Assembly (NCBI GenBank): GCA_963835255.1
Contig: CAWIFY010000022.1
Location: forward strand, 35,784 to 99,783
From: Terriglobia bacterium
GTDB lineage: Bacteria; Acidobacteriota; Terriglobia; Bryobacterales; Bryobacteraceae
DNA length: 64,000 nt
Direction: 5' to 3'
Shown here: positions 8,620-19,110 of the stretch, piece after piece
Layout: every line of letters starts with the position of its first letter
Position numbering within the stretch: position 1 is the first letter of the stretch
Notes under the pieces: generated by a model
Database searches by the model: none
What the model was told of the DNA's origin: nothing
What the model saw: only the letters and a program-made list of their open reading frames with translations
Position numbers and translations under genes: made by a program

Positions 8620-10095
8620 TTAGATGATGTTCGCCGACCAGCTCTCGAGAATCGACTTCACCTTTTGACAAAACTGGTCCGCGAGCGCGCCATCGATCAG
8701 CCGGTGGTCGAAAGTAAGCGCCAAGTGGGCCTGCGAACGGATAGCTATGGCATCGCCTTCCACAACGGCCGGCACTTTCTCGACCGCTCCGACACCCAAA
8801 ATCGCGACCTGGGGCTGATTGATCACGGGCGTCGCGAAAATGCTGCCAAAGCTACCGAAGTTGGTGATCGAAAAAGTGCCGCCCTGCACTTCTTCAGGCT
8901 TTAGCTGCCGCGAACGGGCGCGAGTCGCAAGGTCGACAATTGACCGCTGCAATCCTGACACATTCTTCTCATCGGCGTTGCGGATCACGGGGACGATCAA
9001 CCCGCCTTCGAGCGCAACCGCGATGCCGATGTTAATGTCGCGGTAATACACGATGCTCTTGCCATCGATGGATGCGTTGAAGATCGGAAAAGCGCGGAGA
9101 GCCTCAGCGGCCGCCGCCGTTACGAAAGGCAAAAAGGTTAATGAGAAGCCGTTTCGTGACTGGAACTCGGCCTTGGATTTATCTCGCAGTTTCGATACTT
9201 TAGTCATGTCAACGCGGTGTACGGTCGTGACGTGAGCGGAGGTGCGCTTGCTCATCACCATGTGTTCGGCGATCTTCTGCCGCATGGTACTCATCGGTTC
9301 GGTGCGGACCTTGGCGGATTCCGCTAAAGGCATGGTGGCAGGCGCGGACGACTGCGGGTTTGCCGCTGCCTGAGCTGTTTGCGCTTGAGGCGCAGGCTGC
9401 TGGGGAGCCGCGTAACCAGGCGACGGCGGCGAGGCAGCCGCGTAACTCCTGGCGGCTTGCGACGACATGTAACCTTCTACATCCTGCTTAGTGATGCGGC
9501 CGCCTGCGCCGGTTCCTCTCACCTGGCCCAGATCGATGTTGTATTCGCGCGCCATTTTGCGGACCAGCGGTGAGAGCGGCCCCTGATCTTCGTTGCCATC
9601 GGGTTGAGCTACAACCGATGGCGGAGGTGGAGGAGCGCCCGGGTGCGCTGGCTGCGACGCAGTCTGCTGTGCAGAAGGCTGCGGTTCGATCGGATAGGGT
9701 CCAGCTGCCGCCGGAGCCGGCGCGGGGGGTGGTGGCGCCGGCTGCTGGGCAGGAGCCCGATTCGGGGGGGCGGCGGCCGAGGGTCCGACATCTGTGCCAG
9801 GGGGCATGGAAACGGCTGGCTTAGGTTCCTCTTTCGGCGGCCCCGAAGCCGCTTCAGAAGCGCTATCCCCGATCCTCGCTACGATCGAGTTGATCGCGAC
9901 CGTGGTCCCTTCCTGAACCAGTACCTCGCTCAACACGCCTGCGGCTGGCGCAGGAATCTCGGTATCGACCTTGTCGGTGGATATCTCGAACAGCGGTTCA
10001 TCGCGTTCGATCTTCTCACCCGGTTTCTTCAACCAGCGCGTGAGCGTGCCTTCCGTGATGCTTTCCCCCATCTGGGGCATTACGACGTCAATCAT
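8620..10095 (-). CDS. 2-oxoacid dehydrogenase E2 component (dihydrolipoamide acyltransferase)
   Basis: N-terminal lipoyl domain (PLFEISTDKVDTEIPAP). Long Pro/Ala linkers. Peripheral subunit-binding domain (SPLVRKMAREYNIDLGQVRGTGAGGRITKQDV). Catalytic domain ends with the LTFDHRLIDGA motif. Confidence 0.9.
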   Translation of the reverse strand: MIDVVMPQMGESITEGTLTRWLKKPGEKIERDEPLFEISTDKVDTEIPAPAAGVLSEVLVQEGTTVAINSIVARIGDSASEAASGPPKEEPKPAVSMPPGTDVGPSAAAPPNRAPAQQPAPPPPAPAPAAAGPYPIEPQPSAQQTASQPAHPGAPPPPPSVVAQPDGNEDQGPLSPLVRKMAREYNIDLGQVRGTGAGGRITKQDVEGYMSSQAARSYAAASPPSPGYAAPQQPAPQAQTAQAAANPQSSAPATMPLAESAKVRTEPMSTMRQKIAEHMVMSKRTSAHVTTVHRVDMTKVSKLRDKSKAEFQSRNGFSLTFLPFVTAAAAEALRAFPIFNASIDGKSIVYYRDINIGIAVALEGGLIVPVIRNADEKNVSGLQRSIVDLATRARSRQLKPEEVQGGTFSITNFGSFGSIFATPVINQPQVAILGVGAVEKVPAVVEGDAIAIRSQAHLALTFDHRLIDGALADQFCQKVKSILESWSANII

Positions 10096-10760
10096 CGAAT
10101 CTCCTGGAACTCTTCCTGGTAGCCAAATGTTCGGGCAAACGAATCTGCGATCGCGCTAATCGTGGCCTCGCGCGAGACCGTCGCCCCGATCGAGCGAAGC
10201 GAACATACGGGCTTCGTTAAGCCGCAAGGAACAATATATTTGAAATAGCTGAGATCGGTATCGAAGTTGAGCGCGAACCCATGCGACGTAATCCAGCGGC
10301 TGATGTGAATCCCGATCGCGCCTATCTTGGCTCCGTTCACCCAAACACCTTCATATCCACGTTGCGGAATGCGCTCCGCTCTTATGCCGATTACTCCCAA
10401 TGCATCGATCAGCGCCTGTTCCACGCCATGAAAATAGGCATGCACATCGCGTTTCCATTCTCGCAAGTCGCATATCGGATAACCCACGATTTGCCCAGGA
10501 CCATGATAGGTGACATCGCCACCGCGATCGGTCTCATAAAAGGCAATGCCGGATCGCTCCAGAATTTCGCGGCTGGCAAGCACGTGCTGCTCTTTGCCGT
10601 TGCGTCCCATGGTCACCACGTGTGGATGCTCGACAAACAGCAGCGTGTCCCGCCCTTTCCCGCGCTTTCGCTCCTCCACTAAGGCTTGCTGCCGCTCTAA
10701 AGCTACGTCGTAAGGCAGACAGCCCAAATCGAGCACGGCAAGGGATCTCCTGCGGGGCAT
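10092..10760 (-). CDS. lipB: lipoyl(octanoyl) transferase
   Basis: Start chosen at the internal ATG 10760 (MPRRRSLAVLDLGCLPYDVALERQ). Motifs HPHVVTMGRN, RGGDVTYHGPGQ and PCGL are present. The stop TGA overlaps the E2 ATG (ATGA at 10092..10095). Confidence 0.88.
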   Translation of the reverse strand: MPRRRSLAVLDLGCLPYDVALERQQALVEERKRGKGRDTLLFVEHPHVVTMGRNGKEQHVLASREILERSGIAFYETDRGGDVTYHGPGQIVGYPICDLREWKRDVHAYFHGVEQALIDALGVIGIRAERIPQRGYEGVWVNGAKIGAIGIHISRWITSHGFALNFDTDLSYFKYIVPCGLTKPVCSLRSIGATVSREATISAIADSFARTFGYQEEFQEIR

Positions 10761-10794
10761 TGTCGGCGCTTGCGCTGCCGGATGCGAATCGCCG

Positions 10795-12186
10795 TTAGAT
10801 ATTGATTGCGAGACCGTAGACGTTGTTGAAAGCCTCACCAATCGCTTCGTAGATGGTCGGATGGGCGTGGATGGTCGCCATCATGCTCTCGACGGTAGCC
10901 TCGGCTTCCATAGCGGTCACAGCTTCCGAGATCAATTCGAAAGCTTCTGGGCCGATGATATGCACGCCAAGAATTTCGCCTAAGGTTTCTTCCGCGATGA
11001 CCTTGACAAATCCTTCATGCTTGTCGAGAATCGTGGCTTTGCTATTCCCGGCAAACGGAAATTTACCGACCTTCACCTTAAATCCCTGCGCGCGCGCCTG
11101 CGCTTCGCTCAATCCGACGCTTCCGATGCCAGGATCCGTATACGTCGCGCCGGGAATGCGATTGCGATTGATGGGTCGAACCGGCTTACCTGCAATGCTC
11201 CCCACCGCAACCATACCTTCTGCCGTCGCCACGTGCGCCAGTTGCGGTGTGCCCGCCACAATGTCGCCGATTGCATATAGGTTGGGCTCGCCGGTTCGTT
11301 GGTATCCATCCACCTTTACGAAGCCGCGATCAAGCTCGGCGCGGGTGTTTTCCAGCCCGGTATTTTCGGTATTCGGTTTACGCCCGACTGCGATCAGGAG
11401 CTTGTCGAATTTCATCTCTTCCTTGTTGCCGTTGGCAAGGGTTGCCGTCAGGCTGACGTTGTTGGCGTTCTTTCGTATGTTCTCGGCCTTCGCGCCTGCT
11501 TCCACGCGAATGCCAGTTTTCTTGAAATGCTTCTCTAACTCTTTAGAGATCTCTTCGTCCTCTACCGGCACGAGTCTCGGCAGCATTTCGAGTATGGTTA
11601 CCTTCGATCCAAAGCGGTTGAAGATGGAAGCGAACTCTACGCCAACTGCTCCAGCCCCGATGATCCCAATCGTCTTCGGCACCTCCGGAAGCTCAAGAAT
11701 TTCGATGTTTGTCAGGATGAGGTTCTGATCGGGCTGCATGCCAGGAAGCATGCGGGCTTCCGAGCCGGTCGCCAGAATGATGTTCTTGGCTTCGATAGTC
11801 TGACCTTTGTCGCCGGTGACTCCAATCTTGCCGCCGCCTAGCAACCGGGCATTCCCTTTGACCACATCCACTTTGTTCTTGCGCATCAAGAACTCGATAC
11901 CTTTGGAATGCTTGCTGACGATCTTGTTCTTGCGCTGTAGAACCTGCCCGTAATTCAGCCGCGCGTCCTTGCATTCGATTCCCTGGGCGCCCGGGTCTTT
12001 GAAGTAATCCCAAACGTCGGCGGTGTGCAGCAGCGATTTCGTAGGGATACAGCCGACCAGGAGGCATGTGCCACCCAGACGCGGTTGCCGCTCGATCAAG
12101 ACAGTTTTCAAGCCATATTGGCCGGCGCGCACGGCGGCAGAATATCCACCAGGACCGCTGCCGATGACGGCCACATCGTAAGTCAT
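10795..12186 (-). CDS. lpdA: dihydrolipoyl dehydrogenase (E3)
   Basis: GSGPGGY FAD motif, redox-active GGTCLLVGCIPTK, and C-terminal HAHPTIYEAIGEA dimerisation motif. Confidence 0.93.
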   Translation of the reverse strand: MTYDVAVIGSGPGGYSAAVRAGQYGLKTVLIERQPRLGGTCLLVGCIPTKSLLHTADVWDYFKDPGAQGIECKDARLNYGQVLQRKNKIVSKHSKGIEFLMRKNKVDVVKGNARLLGGGKIGVTGDKGQTIEAKNIILATGSEARMLPGMQPDQNLILTNIEILELPEVPKTIGIIGAGAVGVEFASIFNRFGSKVTILEMLPRLVPVEDEEISKELEKHFKKTGIRVEAGAKAENIRKNANNVSLTATLANGNKEEMKFDKLLIAVGRKPNTENTGLENTRAELDRGFVKVDGYQRTGEPNLYAIGDIVAGTPQLAHVATAEGMVAVGSIAGKPVRPINRNRIPGATYTDPGIGSVGLSEAQARAQGFKVKVGKFPFAGNSKATILDKHEGFVKVIAEETLGEILGVHIIGPEAFELISEAVTAMEAEATVESMMATIHAHPTIYEAIGEAFNNVYGLAINI

Positions 12187-12489
12187 TTTCGACTCAAGTG
12201 TAGCATCCGGGCCTTATTTTACAGGCACTTCGGAGGCCTTGGATCACTAGCGCACGTTGCGAGACCGTGGCGGATGGCTTACGATTGAAAGCTTTGGTTT
12301 TGCCATGGGAGATATGGCGGCTGCCGCTTCCATTTGGCGGCGGACTATCCCAAGCAAATTGCCTGCGGGTACTCTGTTTCTTCGGTCACAAGCCCAAGCG
12401 GCCCGCTCGTTCACCGGAAAGGTGTGAGCCGGAACCTACTTCGTTGTCTTCATGTGAGTTGTGTTCATGTGAGAAGAGGAGCTTTTTAT

Positions 12490-13647
12490 ATGTGCTTTCA
12501 CGGTCTGGATCGAACATTCATCCTTCGTCTGCTGACCCTGGCTACGTTGGCTTCGGCATCTCTCGGCTTCGCCGCGGAGAGCGCGAAGGCTCAGGAACTC
12601 GATTGCCCAGTCGCCTTCCAACCCTACTCATCGGCAAGAACGACACTCCTCGATTTCTTGCCGAATCCGGCAGCGAAGGCCGTGGTTGATCGTGACCTGC
12701 CTGGCTTCTTTGCCAAACTACCTCCCATTGTGACCAAGTCTGCGCCCCCCACGCTGGCCGATATCATGACCATCCGGACGATGGTCGAGTTTGCTCCGAT
12801 TCCGGAATCGGCACTCAACAAGTTGGATGAAGATCTAGCACGCGTGCCCGTGACGCGGGAAGCAGCGGTTGCACGCTGCGCTCGCTATGACCATACTCCG
12901 CCTGTTTTGCCAAAGGATCTGAGTCATCCCTCGATCTTGGTGTTTTCAAAAAGCAACGGGTTTCGCGATGACCCTTCGGTAAATGCCGCCGCCGCCGCGC
13001 TGAAAGCCATGGCCGAGCGTGAGCACTGGAGCGTGTTCTCAACCGAAAACGCCGCCGTATTCAATGCGACCGATCTCTCGCGGTTCGATGTTGTGGTCTG
13101 GAATAACGTTAGCGGTGACGTCCTGACCATCCCGCAACGCCGCGACTTTCAAGCCTATATAGAAAACGGTGGAGGGTATGCCGGGTTGCATGGCTCCGGC
13201 GGTGACTTCTACTACGATTGGGACTGGTATGCAGACCGCCTTCTCGGGGCACGGTTCAAAAGTCATCCCATGTCTCCCCAGTTTCAGGCCGCCAAGCTGA
13301 AGGTTGACGACCCCAACAATCCCATCGTGCGAGGTCTTCCACCAGAGTGGACCATGACGGATGAGTGGTACTCCTTTCAAAACGATCCGCGCCAGAAAGG
13401 CGCTCAGGTACTCGTCACACTCGACGAGAGCACCTACCAACCCGTCGCTGGAAAACTAGACCTCCACATGGGCGACCATCCGATTGCCTGGACACAGTGC
13501 CTCGGCAAAGGTCGTTCCTTCTATACCGCCATTGGTCACCGTCCGGAGAGCTATAGTGAGCCGAACACCAATAAACTGATTCAGCAAGGGGTGGCTTGGG
13601 CGGCTGGTCTGGGACGCGGTTCTTGTCAAGCGCAACAGCGTCATTGA
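12490..13647 (+). CDS. secreted ThuA-domain protein with an extra N-terminal domain
   Basis: The ATG at 12490 follows GAGAAGAGGAG. The signal peptide ends ..ASASLGFAAESAKAQ. The C-terminal half carries GGGYAGLHGSG...HPIAWTQCLGKGRSFYTAIGH, typical of ThuA-like (class I amidotransferase-like) proteins. Confidence 0.75.
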   Translation: MCFHGLDRTFILRLLTLATLASASLGFAAESAKAQELDCPVAFQPYSSARTTLLDFLPNPAAKAVVDRDLPGFFAKLPPIVTKSAPPTLADIMTIRTMVEFAPIPESALNKLDEDLARVPVTREAAVARCARYDHTPPVLPKDLSHPSILVFSKSNGFRDDPSVNAAAAALKAMAEREHWSVFSTENAAVFNATDLSRFDVVVWNNVSGDVLTIPQRRDFQAYIENGGGYAGLHGSGGDFYYDWDWYADRLLGARFKSHPMSPQFQAAKLKVDDPNNPIVRGLPPEWTMTDEWYSFQNDPRQKGAQVLVTLDESTYQPVAGKLDLHMGDHPIAWTQCLGKGRSFYTAIGHRPESYSEPNTNKLIQQGVAWAAGLGRGSCQAQQRH

Positions 13648-14023
13648 GAAGCAGGTCGCGCGTTCGTTGTGCGCGATCAGAGAAGGTGCGTGGCTTCGTT
13701 CCGCAAAAAACCGCCGCTGAGCTGGAAGCCTTCGAATATTTCGGCTACTTTCCGGAGGACGCAGAGAAATACGTCAAATCGCTCCTCGATTCGGGGAACT
13801 ATCTGCCGGAAAACATCGAAAACGCCGCCTGAAACAGCCTGACCAATTGTCAGCTTCGCAGGTGGTGACGACGGCTGCCACCAGCTGCACGGATCTTTGA
13901 AAATTGAATATTTCCTTGTTTCGGAAGCGCTCGTAGTGTCCGTTTTGAGGAACGAGCTGAAGGCCCGTCCCCAAGTAAGGTGAAACCAGATGCTCTCGTC
14001 GGGCCGTATCATCAAGAGAGGAT

Positions 14024-15403
14024 ATGCGTTCGATTCTCCTGGTGACGGCGTTCATCTGCTGCAGTAGTTCCCTCATGGCGGGACAAGATGGCGGACCGCA
14101 ACACGCGCCCAAGAAACAGGCGCCTCCCGGAATCCTGCACAGCGTTTCCGTGAGGGGCAACCAGCTCTATTCGTCGGCTGAGATCATTGAGGAGAGCGGT
14201 CTTAAACCAGGGTCGCGTGTAGACCGGGCCATCATCGATCAAGCCCGGGAAAAGCTGCAGGCGACCGAACTGTTCAACAATGTCGCGTTTGAATACCGAA
14301 CGAGCGCGGGAGTAGTGCCGGCCTACGATGTGACCTTCCAGGTGGCAGAAAACGAACAGATCTTCCCGACTCGCTTCGAAAGACTAGGTATTTCGGCCGA
14401 TGCTCTGCGCTCCTGCCTGCGCGACCAGGTGAAGCTATATTCAGACAAAATCCCTGGCACTGAAGGCGTTCTGCACCGCTACGCGGCTGCTGCCGAGCAA
14501 TGCGCGTCCCAATCGGGTCAGACCGTAAAGGTAAGGGCAGCGATCTCGAATGAAGATCCGCAGCAACTCACCGTGCTCTTCACGCCCGATAAACCTGCGC
14601 CCACCATCTCACAGGTAATCGTCTCGGGCAACCAGGCGGTCGATACTGGGACTATTTTGCGCGCGGTAAATTCGGTTGCAATCGGCTCTCCACTTTCCGA
14701 CACGCGCCTGAAGATGATTCTTGATGGCGCTATCCGGCCTCTCTACGCGGCCAAGGGTTACGCAGCAGTGAGCTTTCCGAAAGTTGAGACCGAGCCGGCC
14801 AAGACCAATCTCGGAGTAATCGTCAAAGTCGAAATTAAGGATGGGCCAGCCTTCAAGTTCGGCTCGATTCGCTTCCGCGGTAACGGGCTTGACGAAGATG
14901 AGATTCGTTCCACCATTCCGTTCAAGTCGGGGCAGCCTTTCAACAGTGAGCAGGTCGATAATTTCCGGCTGGAGCTGGTGCGAAAGATGCGGCGGCATGG
15001 GTTGCTAGATGCCAGCATCACCACCGAATCCGAGCCCGAAGGTAGCAAGCGGGCCGTGAACGTCACTTATAATGTGACGCCAGGCGCAATCTATAACTTC
15101 CAAGCGCTCGATATTCAGGGACTCGATGTTACTAGCGAGCCGGTTGTGGCGAGGCTTTGGGGTGAGAAGCAAGGTCATCCCTTCAACCCGGATTATCCGG
15201 ACTTTTTTCTGAAGCGAGTCCAGCAGCAAGGCCTGTTTGACAATCTTGCCGATGCGCGATCCGATTACAGCGCCGACGCTTCCACGCACAACGTGACGGT
15301 ACATCTCTATTTCAAAGGCGGCGAATCAGCCAAGGAGCATGATCGCAAGAAGAGGGAAGCCGAGGAAAAGCGCCAGACGGACGGCAGCTGGAGTCCGTGG
15401 TAA
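14024..15403 (+). CDS. secreted POTRA-repeat protein (no beta-barrel)
   Basis: Signal peptide MRSILLVTAFICCSSSLMAGQ. At least three POTRA-like units, e.g. VSVRGNQLYSSAEIIEESGLKPGSRVD..., IVSGNQAVDTGTILRAV... and IRFRGNGLDEDEIRSTIPFKSGQPFN. Confidence 0.65.
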   Translation: MRSILLVTAFICCSSSLMAGQDGGPQHAPKKQAPPGILHSVSVRGNQLYSSAEIIEESGLKPGSRVDRAIIDQAREKLQATELFNNVAFEYRTSAGVVPAYDVTFQVAENEQIFPTRFERLGISADALRSCLRDQVKLYSDKIPGTEGVLHRYAAAAEQCASQSGQTVKVRAAISNEDPQQLTVLFTPDKPAPTISQVIVSGNQAVDTGTILRAVNSVAIGSPLSDTRLKMILDGAIRPLYAAKGYAAVSFPKVETEPAKTNLGVIVKVEIKDGPAFKFGSIRFRGNGLDEDEIRSTIPFKSGQPFNSEQVDNFRLELVRKMRRHGLLDASITTESEPEGSKRAVNVTYNVTPGAIYNFQALDIQGLDVTSEPVVARLWGEKQGHPFNPDYPDFFLKRVQQQGLFDNLADARSDYSADASTHNVTVHLYFKGGESAKEHDRKKREAEEKRQTDGSWSPW

Positions 15404-17356
15404 CTAATTCGCCCCCTGCAACTTGTTCACAATCTCCTCCGTGTCATAAACGCAACCGCCCCAGATTCCGCCGCTCGCCTGTTGCAGTGCAGCCCAGAGC
15501 CGCGTGTCCGCCGGCAGCAGCGGATCGGACCGGAGATCATCGCGGCGCGGGCGGTTCAGCAAACGCTGATGTCCCTCTTCGGCGGAAAACGTTTCGCCGG
15601 CTTCGCCGACAAAATCCACATGCCCTTCCAGACTGTTGCGATCGACTGTGATTTCGATAAGATCGCCATCCCGCAGCTTGCCTGCCGGGCCGCCAGCCAG
15701 CGCCTCGGGAGAGATGTGACCAATGCAGGCACCCGTGGAGACGCCGCTGAAACGCGCGTCCGTTATTACGGCCACATGTCTGCCGAACGGCAAATGCTTC
15801 AGCGCCGACGTGATCTGATAAGTCTCTTCCATGCCCGAGCCCATCGGCCCGCGGCAAATCAGTACGATCACGTCGCCTTCCTTGATCTGTTGCGCTTTGA
15901 TGGCGGTGATGGCATCGTGCTCCGTGATGAAGACGCGGGCGGGTCCGCGCATGCGGTACACGCCATCAGCATCCACCACGCCCGGATCGATTGACGTACT
16001 CTTCACCACTGAACCCTCGGGTGCGAGATTGCCGTGCGGAAAACAAACCGTGGAGGTCAGACCACGCGAGCGAGCGCCATCTGGCGACAGAATGACGTCA
16101 TCCGAATCGATCCCGTCCAGGTCTCTCAAGCGATCGCGCAAACGCGCTCTGCGTGCGGATTCCCGCCACCAGTCGAGCATCGCATCCAGCTTTTCGCCGG
16201 AAACCGTCAGCGCCCGCGTGTTCAGCAGTCCCGCCGCTCGCAGATGCAGCATCACCTCGGGCACGCCGCCGGCCAAAAAGACTTCCACTGTGGGATGATT
16301 GCGTGGGCCGTTCGGCAGCGCATCCACTAGCCGGGGGACGCTGCGGTTCACTCGATTCCAATCGGCCACCGTGGGCCGGGGCAAACCTGCAGCATGCGCG
16401 ATTGCAGGTATGTGCAACAGTAAGTTCGTCGATCCGCCGAACGCCGCGTGCAGAATCATGGCGTTCTCGATCGCGCTCGGCGTCAGGATGTCTCGCGTCC
16501 GTAGCCCGAGTTCTGTCATGCGCAGCAAGGCGCGCGCTGTCCGCCGCGCCATGTCGAGCCAAACCGCCTGTCCGGAAGGCGCCAGCGCTGAATGCGTCAA
16601 ACTCAGCCCGAGTGCCTCTCCCACAACTTGCGAAGTTGCCGCAGTCCCTAAGAATTGGCACCCGCCGCCTGGCGACGCGCACGCACGGCAACCAGCCAGC
16701 GCCGCCTCTTCAAGCGAAATTTTTCCATGAGCAAATCGAGCGCCGATGCTCTGCACTTTACCGGCATCTTCGCCGTGCTCCGGCATCAGCGTGACGCCGC
16801 CCGGTATGAGAGCGCAAGGGGAATCCGCCGTACCTGCCAGCGCCATCATCATCGCCGGCAAACCCTTATCACAAGTGGCCACTCCGATCACTCCCGCGCG
16901 CGTCGGCAAAGATCGGATGAGCCTTCGTAGAACCATTGCCGCGTCGTTCCGGTAGGGCAGGGAATCGAACATTCCGGGAGTGCCCTGAGTGCGCCCATCG
17001 CACGGGTCCGTGCAGGCTCCAGCGAATGGAATCGCCGAGAGCGCCTTCAGTTCGCGAGCCGCTTCCGCCACTAGCAGACCCACTTCCCAATGCCCTGTGT
17101 GAAATCCAAGTGCGATAGGCTTGCCGTCCGGTGCGCGCACGCCTCCATGCGTGCTCAGAATGAGAACCTGCTTCCCGCCAAGCGCTTCCGGAGCCCAGCC
17201 CATGCCGGTGTTTTGTGTCAGTCCAAACAGATTCCCAGATGGCTGCTCAATCAACATCTCGGGTGTTAGGGGCAGCGCTCCTTCGGGACCGCGTGCGTGA
17301 GTCCGAACAGCAAAGATCTCCTGATTGCCGGAATCGATAATGCTTGTAAGATTCAT
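15404..17356 (-). CDS. IlvD/Edd-family sugar-acid dehydratase, YjhG/YagF (xylonate dehydratase)-like
   Basis: 650 aa. The N-terminus ..[32 protein letters not shown].. and the motifs [34 protein letters not shown] and [27 protein letters not shown] closely parallel E. coli YjhG as I recall it. Confidence 0.88.
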   Translation of the reverse strand: MNLTSIIDSGNQEIFAVRTHARGPEGALPLTPEMLIEQPSGNLFGLTQNTGMGWAPEALGGKQVLILSTHGGVRAPDGKPIALGFHTGHWEVGLLVAEAARELKALSAIPFAGACTDPCDGRTQGTPGMFDSLPYRNDAAMVLRRLIRSLPTRAGVIGVATCDKGLPAMMMALAGTADSPCALIPGGVTLMPEHGEDAGKVQSIGARFAHGKISLEEAALAGCRACASPGGGCQFLGTAATSQVVGEALGLSLTHSALAPSGQAVWLDMARRTARALLRMTELGLRTRDILTPSAIENAMILHAAFGGSTNLLLHIPAIAHAAGLPRPTVADWNRVNRSVPRLVDALPNGPRNHPTVEVFLAGGVPEVMLHLRAAGLLNTRALTVSGEKLDAMLDWWRESARRARLRDRLRDLDGIDSDDVILSPDGARSRGLTSTVCFPHGNLAPEGSVVKSTSIDPGVVDADGVYRMRGPARVFITEHDAITAIKAQQIKEGDVIVLICRGPMGSGMEETYQITSALKHLPFGRHVAVITDARFSGVSTGACIGHISPEALAGGPAGKLRDGDLIEITVDRNSLEGHVDFVGEAGETFSAEEGHQRLLNRPRRDDLRSDPLLPADTRLWAALQQASGGIWGGCVYDTEEIVNKLQGAN

Positions 17357-17359
17357 GTG

Positions 17360-17839
17360 ATGAAGACCGCTGTCTATCCGGGGTCATTCGATCCGCTGAC
17401 GAATGGCCACCTTGACCTCATTGGCCGGGGTTCGCGCCTGTTCGATCACCTCATAGTAGCGGTCCTCAGGAACACCCACAAACAGCCACTGTTCTCTATT
17501 GAAGAACGGGTCATTATGCTGCGCGAGGTCTCAGCCCCTTTTGCCAATGTCGAAATCGAATCGTTCGACGGGCTGCTGGTCGACTATGCAGCCCATCGCA
17601 ACGCCAGTGCCATCCTGCGCGGTATTCGAGCTATTTCCGATTACGAAACTGAGCTGCAGATGGCGCATCTCAACCACCGCCTGCGGCCCGAAACCGAGAC
17701 TATTTTTCTGCTTGCCACCGAGAAGTATTCATTCATCAGTTCCCGCATGATCAAGGAGATTATCACGCTCGGTGGCGATGTAGGTCAGTTTGTGCCCGAG
17801 CCCGTCTCACGCTCCTTGCGCTCGAAATTCCAGCCCTGA
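17360..17839 (+). CDS. coaD: phosphopantetheine adenylyltransferase
   Basis: [21 protein letters not shown] (T/HxGH motif) and ISSRMIKEI. About 159 aa from the internal ATG at 17360. Confidence 0.93.
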   Translation: MKTAVYPGSFDPLTNGHLDLIGRGSRLFDHLIVAVLRNTHKQPLFSIEERVIMLREVSAPFANVEIESFDGLLVDYAAHRNASAILRGIRAISDYETELQMAHLNHRLRPETETIFLLATEKYSFISSRMIKEIITLGGDVGQFVPEPVSRSLRSKFQP

Positions 17840-17891
17840 TGCAGAGCTCGGCGTCAGGACTGCAAAGACGCTACATTGAAAGGTAACAATT

Positions 17892-19082
17892 ATGCAAGTC
17901 ACAGCGGAAATCGCCGAGCGCATTTCGACCATTAGTGTCTCGTCCACTATGAAGGTTGCTGCCGACGCCGATCGCCTGAGACGAGAAGGGGCGGACGTAG
18001 TCGACTTCGGAGCGGGCGAGCCCGATTTCCCGACGCCCTCCAACATCAAGAAGGCGGCGATCACAGCTATAGACTCCAACTTCACCAAGTACACCAACAC
18101 TGGGGGCACGCCTGAACTGCGCGCCGCTATCTGTGAGCGTCATCGTCTAGATTTCGGCACGAACTACGCAGCCTCCGAGTGCCTGGTGACCGTCGGCGGC
18201 AAGCACGCTATTTTTAATCTCGTCCAAGCCCTGGTGAACCCAGGCGATGAGGTCATCATTCCGGTACCTTATTGGGTGACTTACAAAGACGTCGTGAACT
18301 ATGCCGGCGGGGTATGTGGCTTTGTTGAGACCGACGAACACAATGGCTTTGGAGTTACGGCCAAGCTGCTAGAGCCACATATTAGGCCACGCACGAAATT
18401 GGTGATCATCAACTCGCCTTCGAACCCCAGCGGCGCCGTGATTTCGCAGCCCGAGTTCCGCAAGATCCTAGAGCTCACTTCGAACCACGGTATTTACCTG
18501 ATGACAGACGAATGCTACTGCCATTTCGTCTATGAAAGCAAACCGTTTTCAGCCGCGGCATTCTCTGGCGCGAAGGATTCGGTGGTCGTTGCCGGATCAC
18601 TTTCGAAGACTTATGCCATGACCGGTTGGCGCATTGGCTTTGCGCTCGCGCCCGCGCCTCTTATCAGCGCCATGACGAAACTGCAGAGCCACTCGACTTC
18701 AAACCCGACGTCGATCTCGCAGAAGGCGGCTCTAGAGGCGATGAACGGTCCGCAGGAATCGGTGAATGAGATGCTTGCCGAATATCGCCGTCGCCGCGAT
18801 TTCGTCGTGAATCGCTTGCGACAGATTCCGGGCGTCACGATAGCGACGCCCAACGGAGCTTTTTATGCGTATCCCAACATTTCAGTCGCGTATGGCGGTG
18901 GGCGCATGAAGAATTCACTCGAGTTTGCGAGCCGTTTACTCGAGGAGTCGCACGTCGCCGTTGTACCGGGCGAGGCATTCGGAACCGACGATCACATTCG
19001 CATTTCTTACGCAACTTCGACGGCTGAGCTGGAACGAGGGCTTGATCGCATCCATCAGTTCATCGATGGCCTGCGCGCCTGA
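17892..19082 (+). CDS. class I/II PLP-dependent (aspartate-type) aminotransferase
   Basis: 396 aa. Motifs NSPSNPSGAV, SLSKTYAMTGWRIGF (PLP lysine) and IRISYA. Confidence 0.9.
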   Translation: MQVTAEIAERISTISVSSTMKVAADADRLRREGADVVDFGAGEPDFPTPSNIKKAAITAIDSNFTKYTNTGGTPELRAAICERHRLDFGTNYAASECLVTVGGKHAIFNLVQALVNPGDEVIIPVPYWVTYKDVVNYAGGVCGFVETDEHNGFGVTAKLLEPHIRPRTKLVIINSPSNPSGAVISQPEFRKILELTSNHGIYLMTDECYCHFVYESKPFSAAAFSGAKDSVVVAGSLSKTYAMTGWRIGFALAPAPLISAMTKLQSHSTSNPTSISQKAALEAMNGPQESVNEMLAEYRRRRDFVVNRLRQIPGVTIATPNGAFYAYPNISVAYGGGRMKNSLEFASRLLEESHVAVVPGEAFGTDDHIRISYATSTAELERGLDRIHQFIDGLRA

Positions 19083-19110
19083 TCCGCGACAATTAAGAGA
19101 GAGAAATTGC

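Noticed and set aside
9604-10122. 172-aa Arg-rich plus-strand ORF, plus several others between 9379 and 9824
   Set aside because: These are antisense shadows of the Pro/Ala-rich linker region of the E2 gene. Composition is extremely biased and no motifs are present.
10853-11728. 291-aa plus-strand ORF
   Set aside because: It lies entirely antisense to lpdA, whose identity is unambiguous. This is a typical high-GC shadow ORF.
12267-12489. N-terminal extensions of the ThuA-domain ORF (12334 start) and overlapping ORF 12267..12689
   Set aside because: The internal ATG at 12490 has a Shine-Dalgarno sequence and gives a proper signal peptide. The upstream residues look non-coding.
13596-13832. 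Small plus-strand ORF (..VRGFVPQKTAAELEAFEYFGYFPEDAEKYVKSLLDSGNYLPENIENAA)
   Set aside because: It is plausible as a ~48-aa gene from the GTG near 13687. However, it has no recognisable family, no clear RBS, and a competing antisense ORF, so support is too weak to call.
15482-16930. Multiple 90-210 aa ORFs on both strands (e.g. 16153..16794, 16098..16691)
   Set aside because: All lie inside the well-supported IlvD/Edd-family dehydratase gene. They are Arg/Ala/Pro-rich shadow frames.
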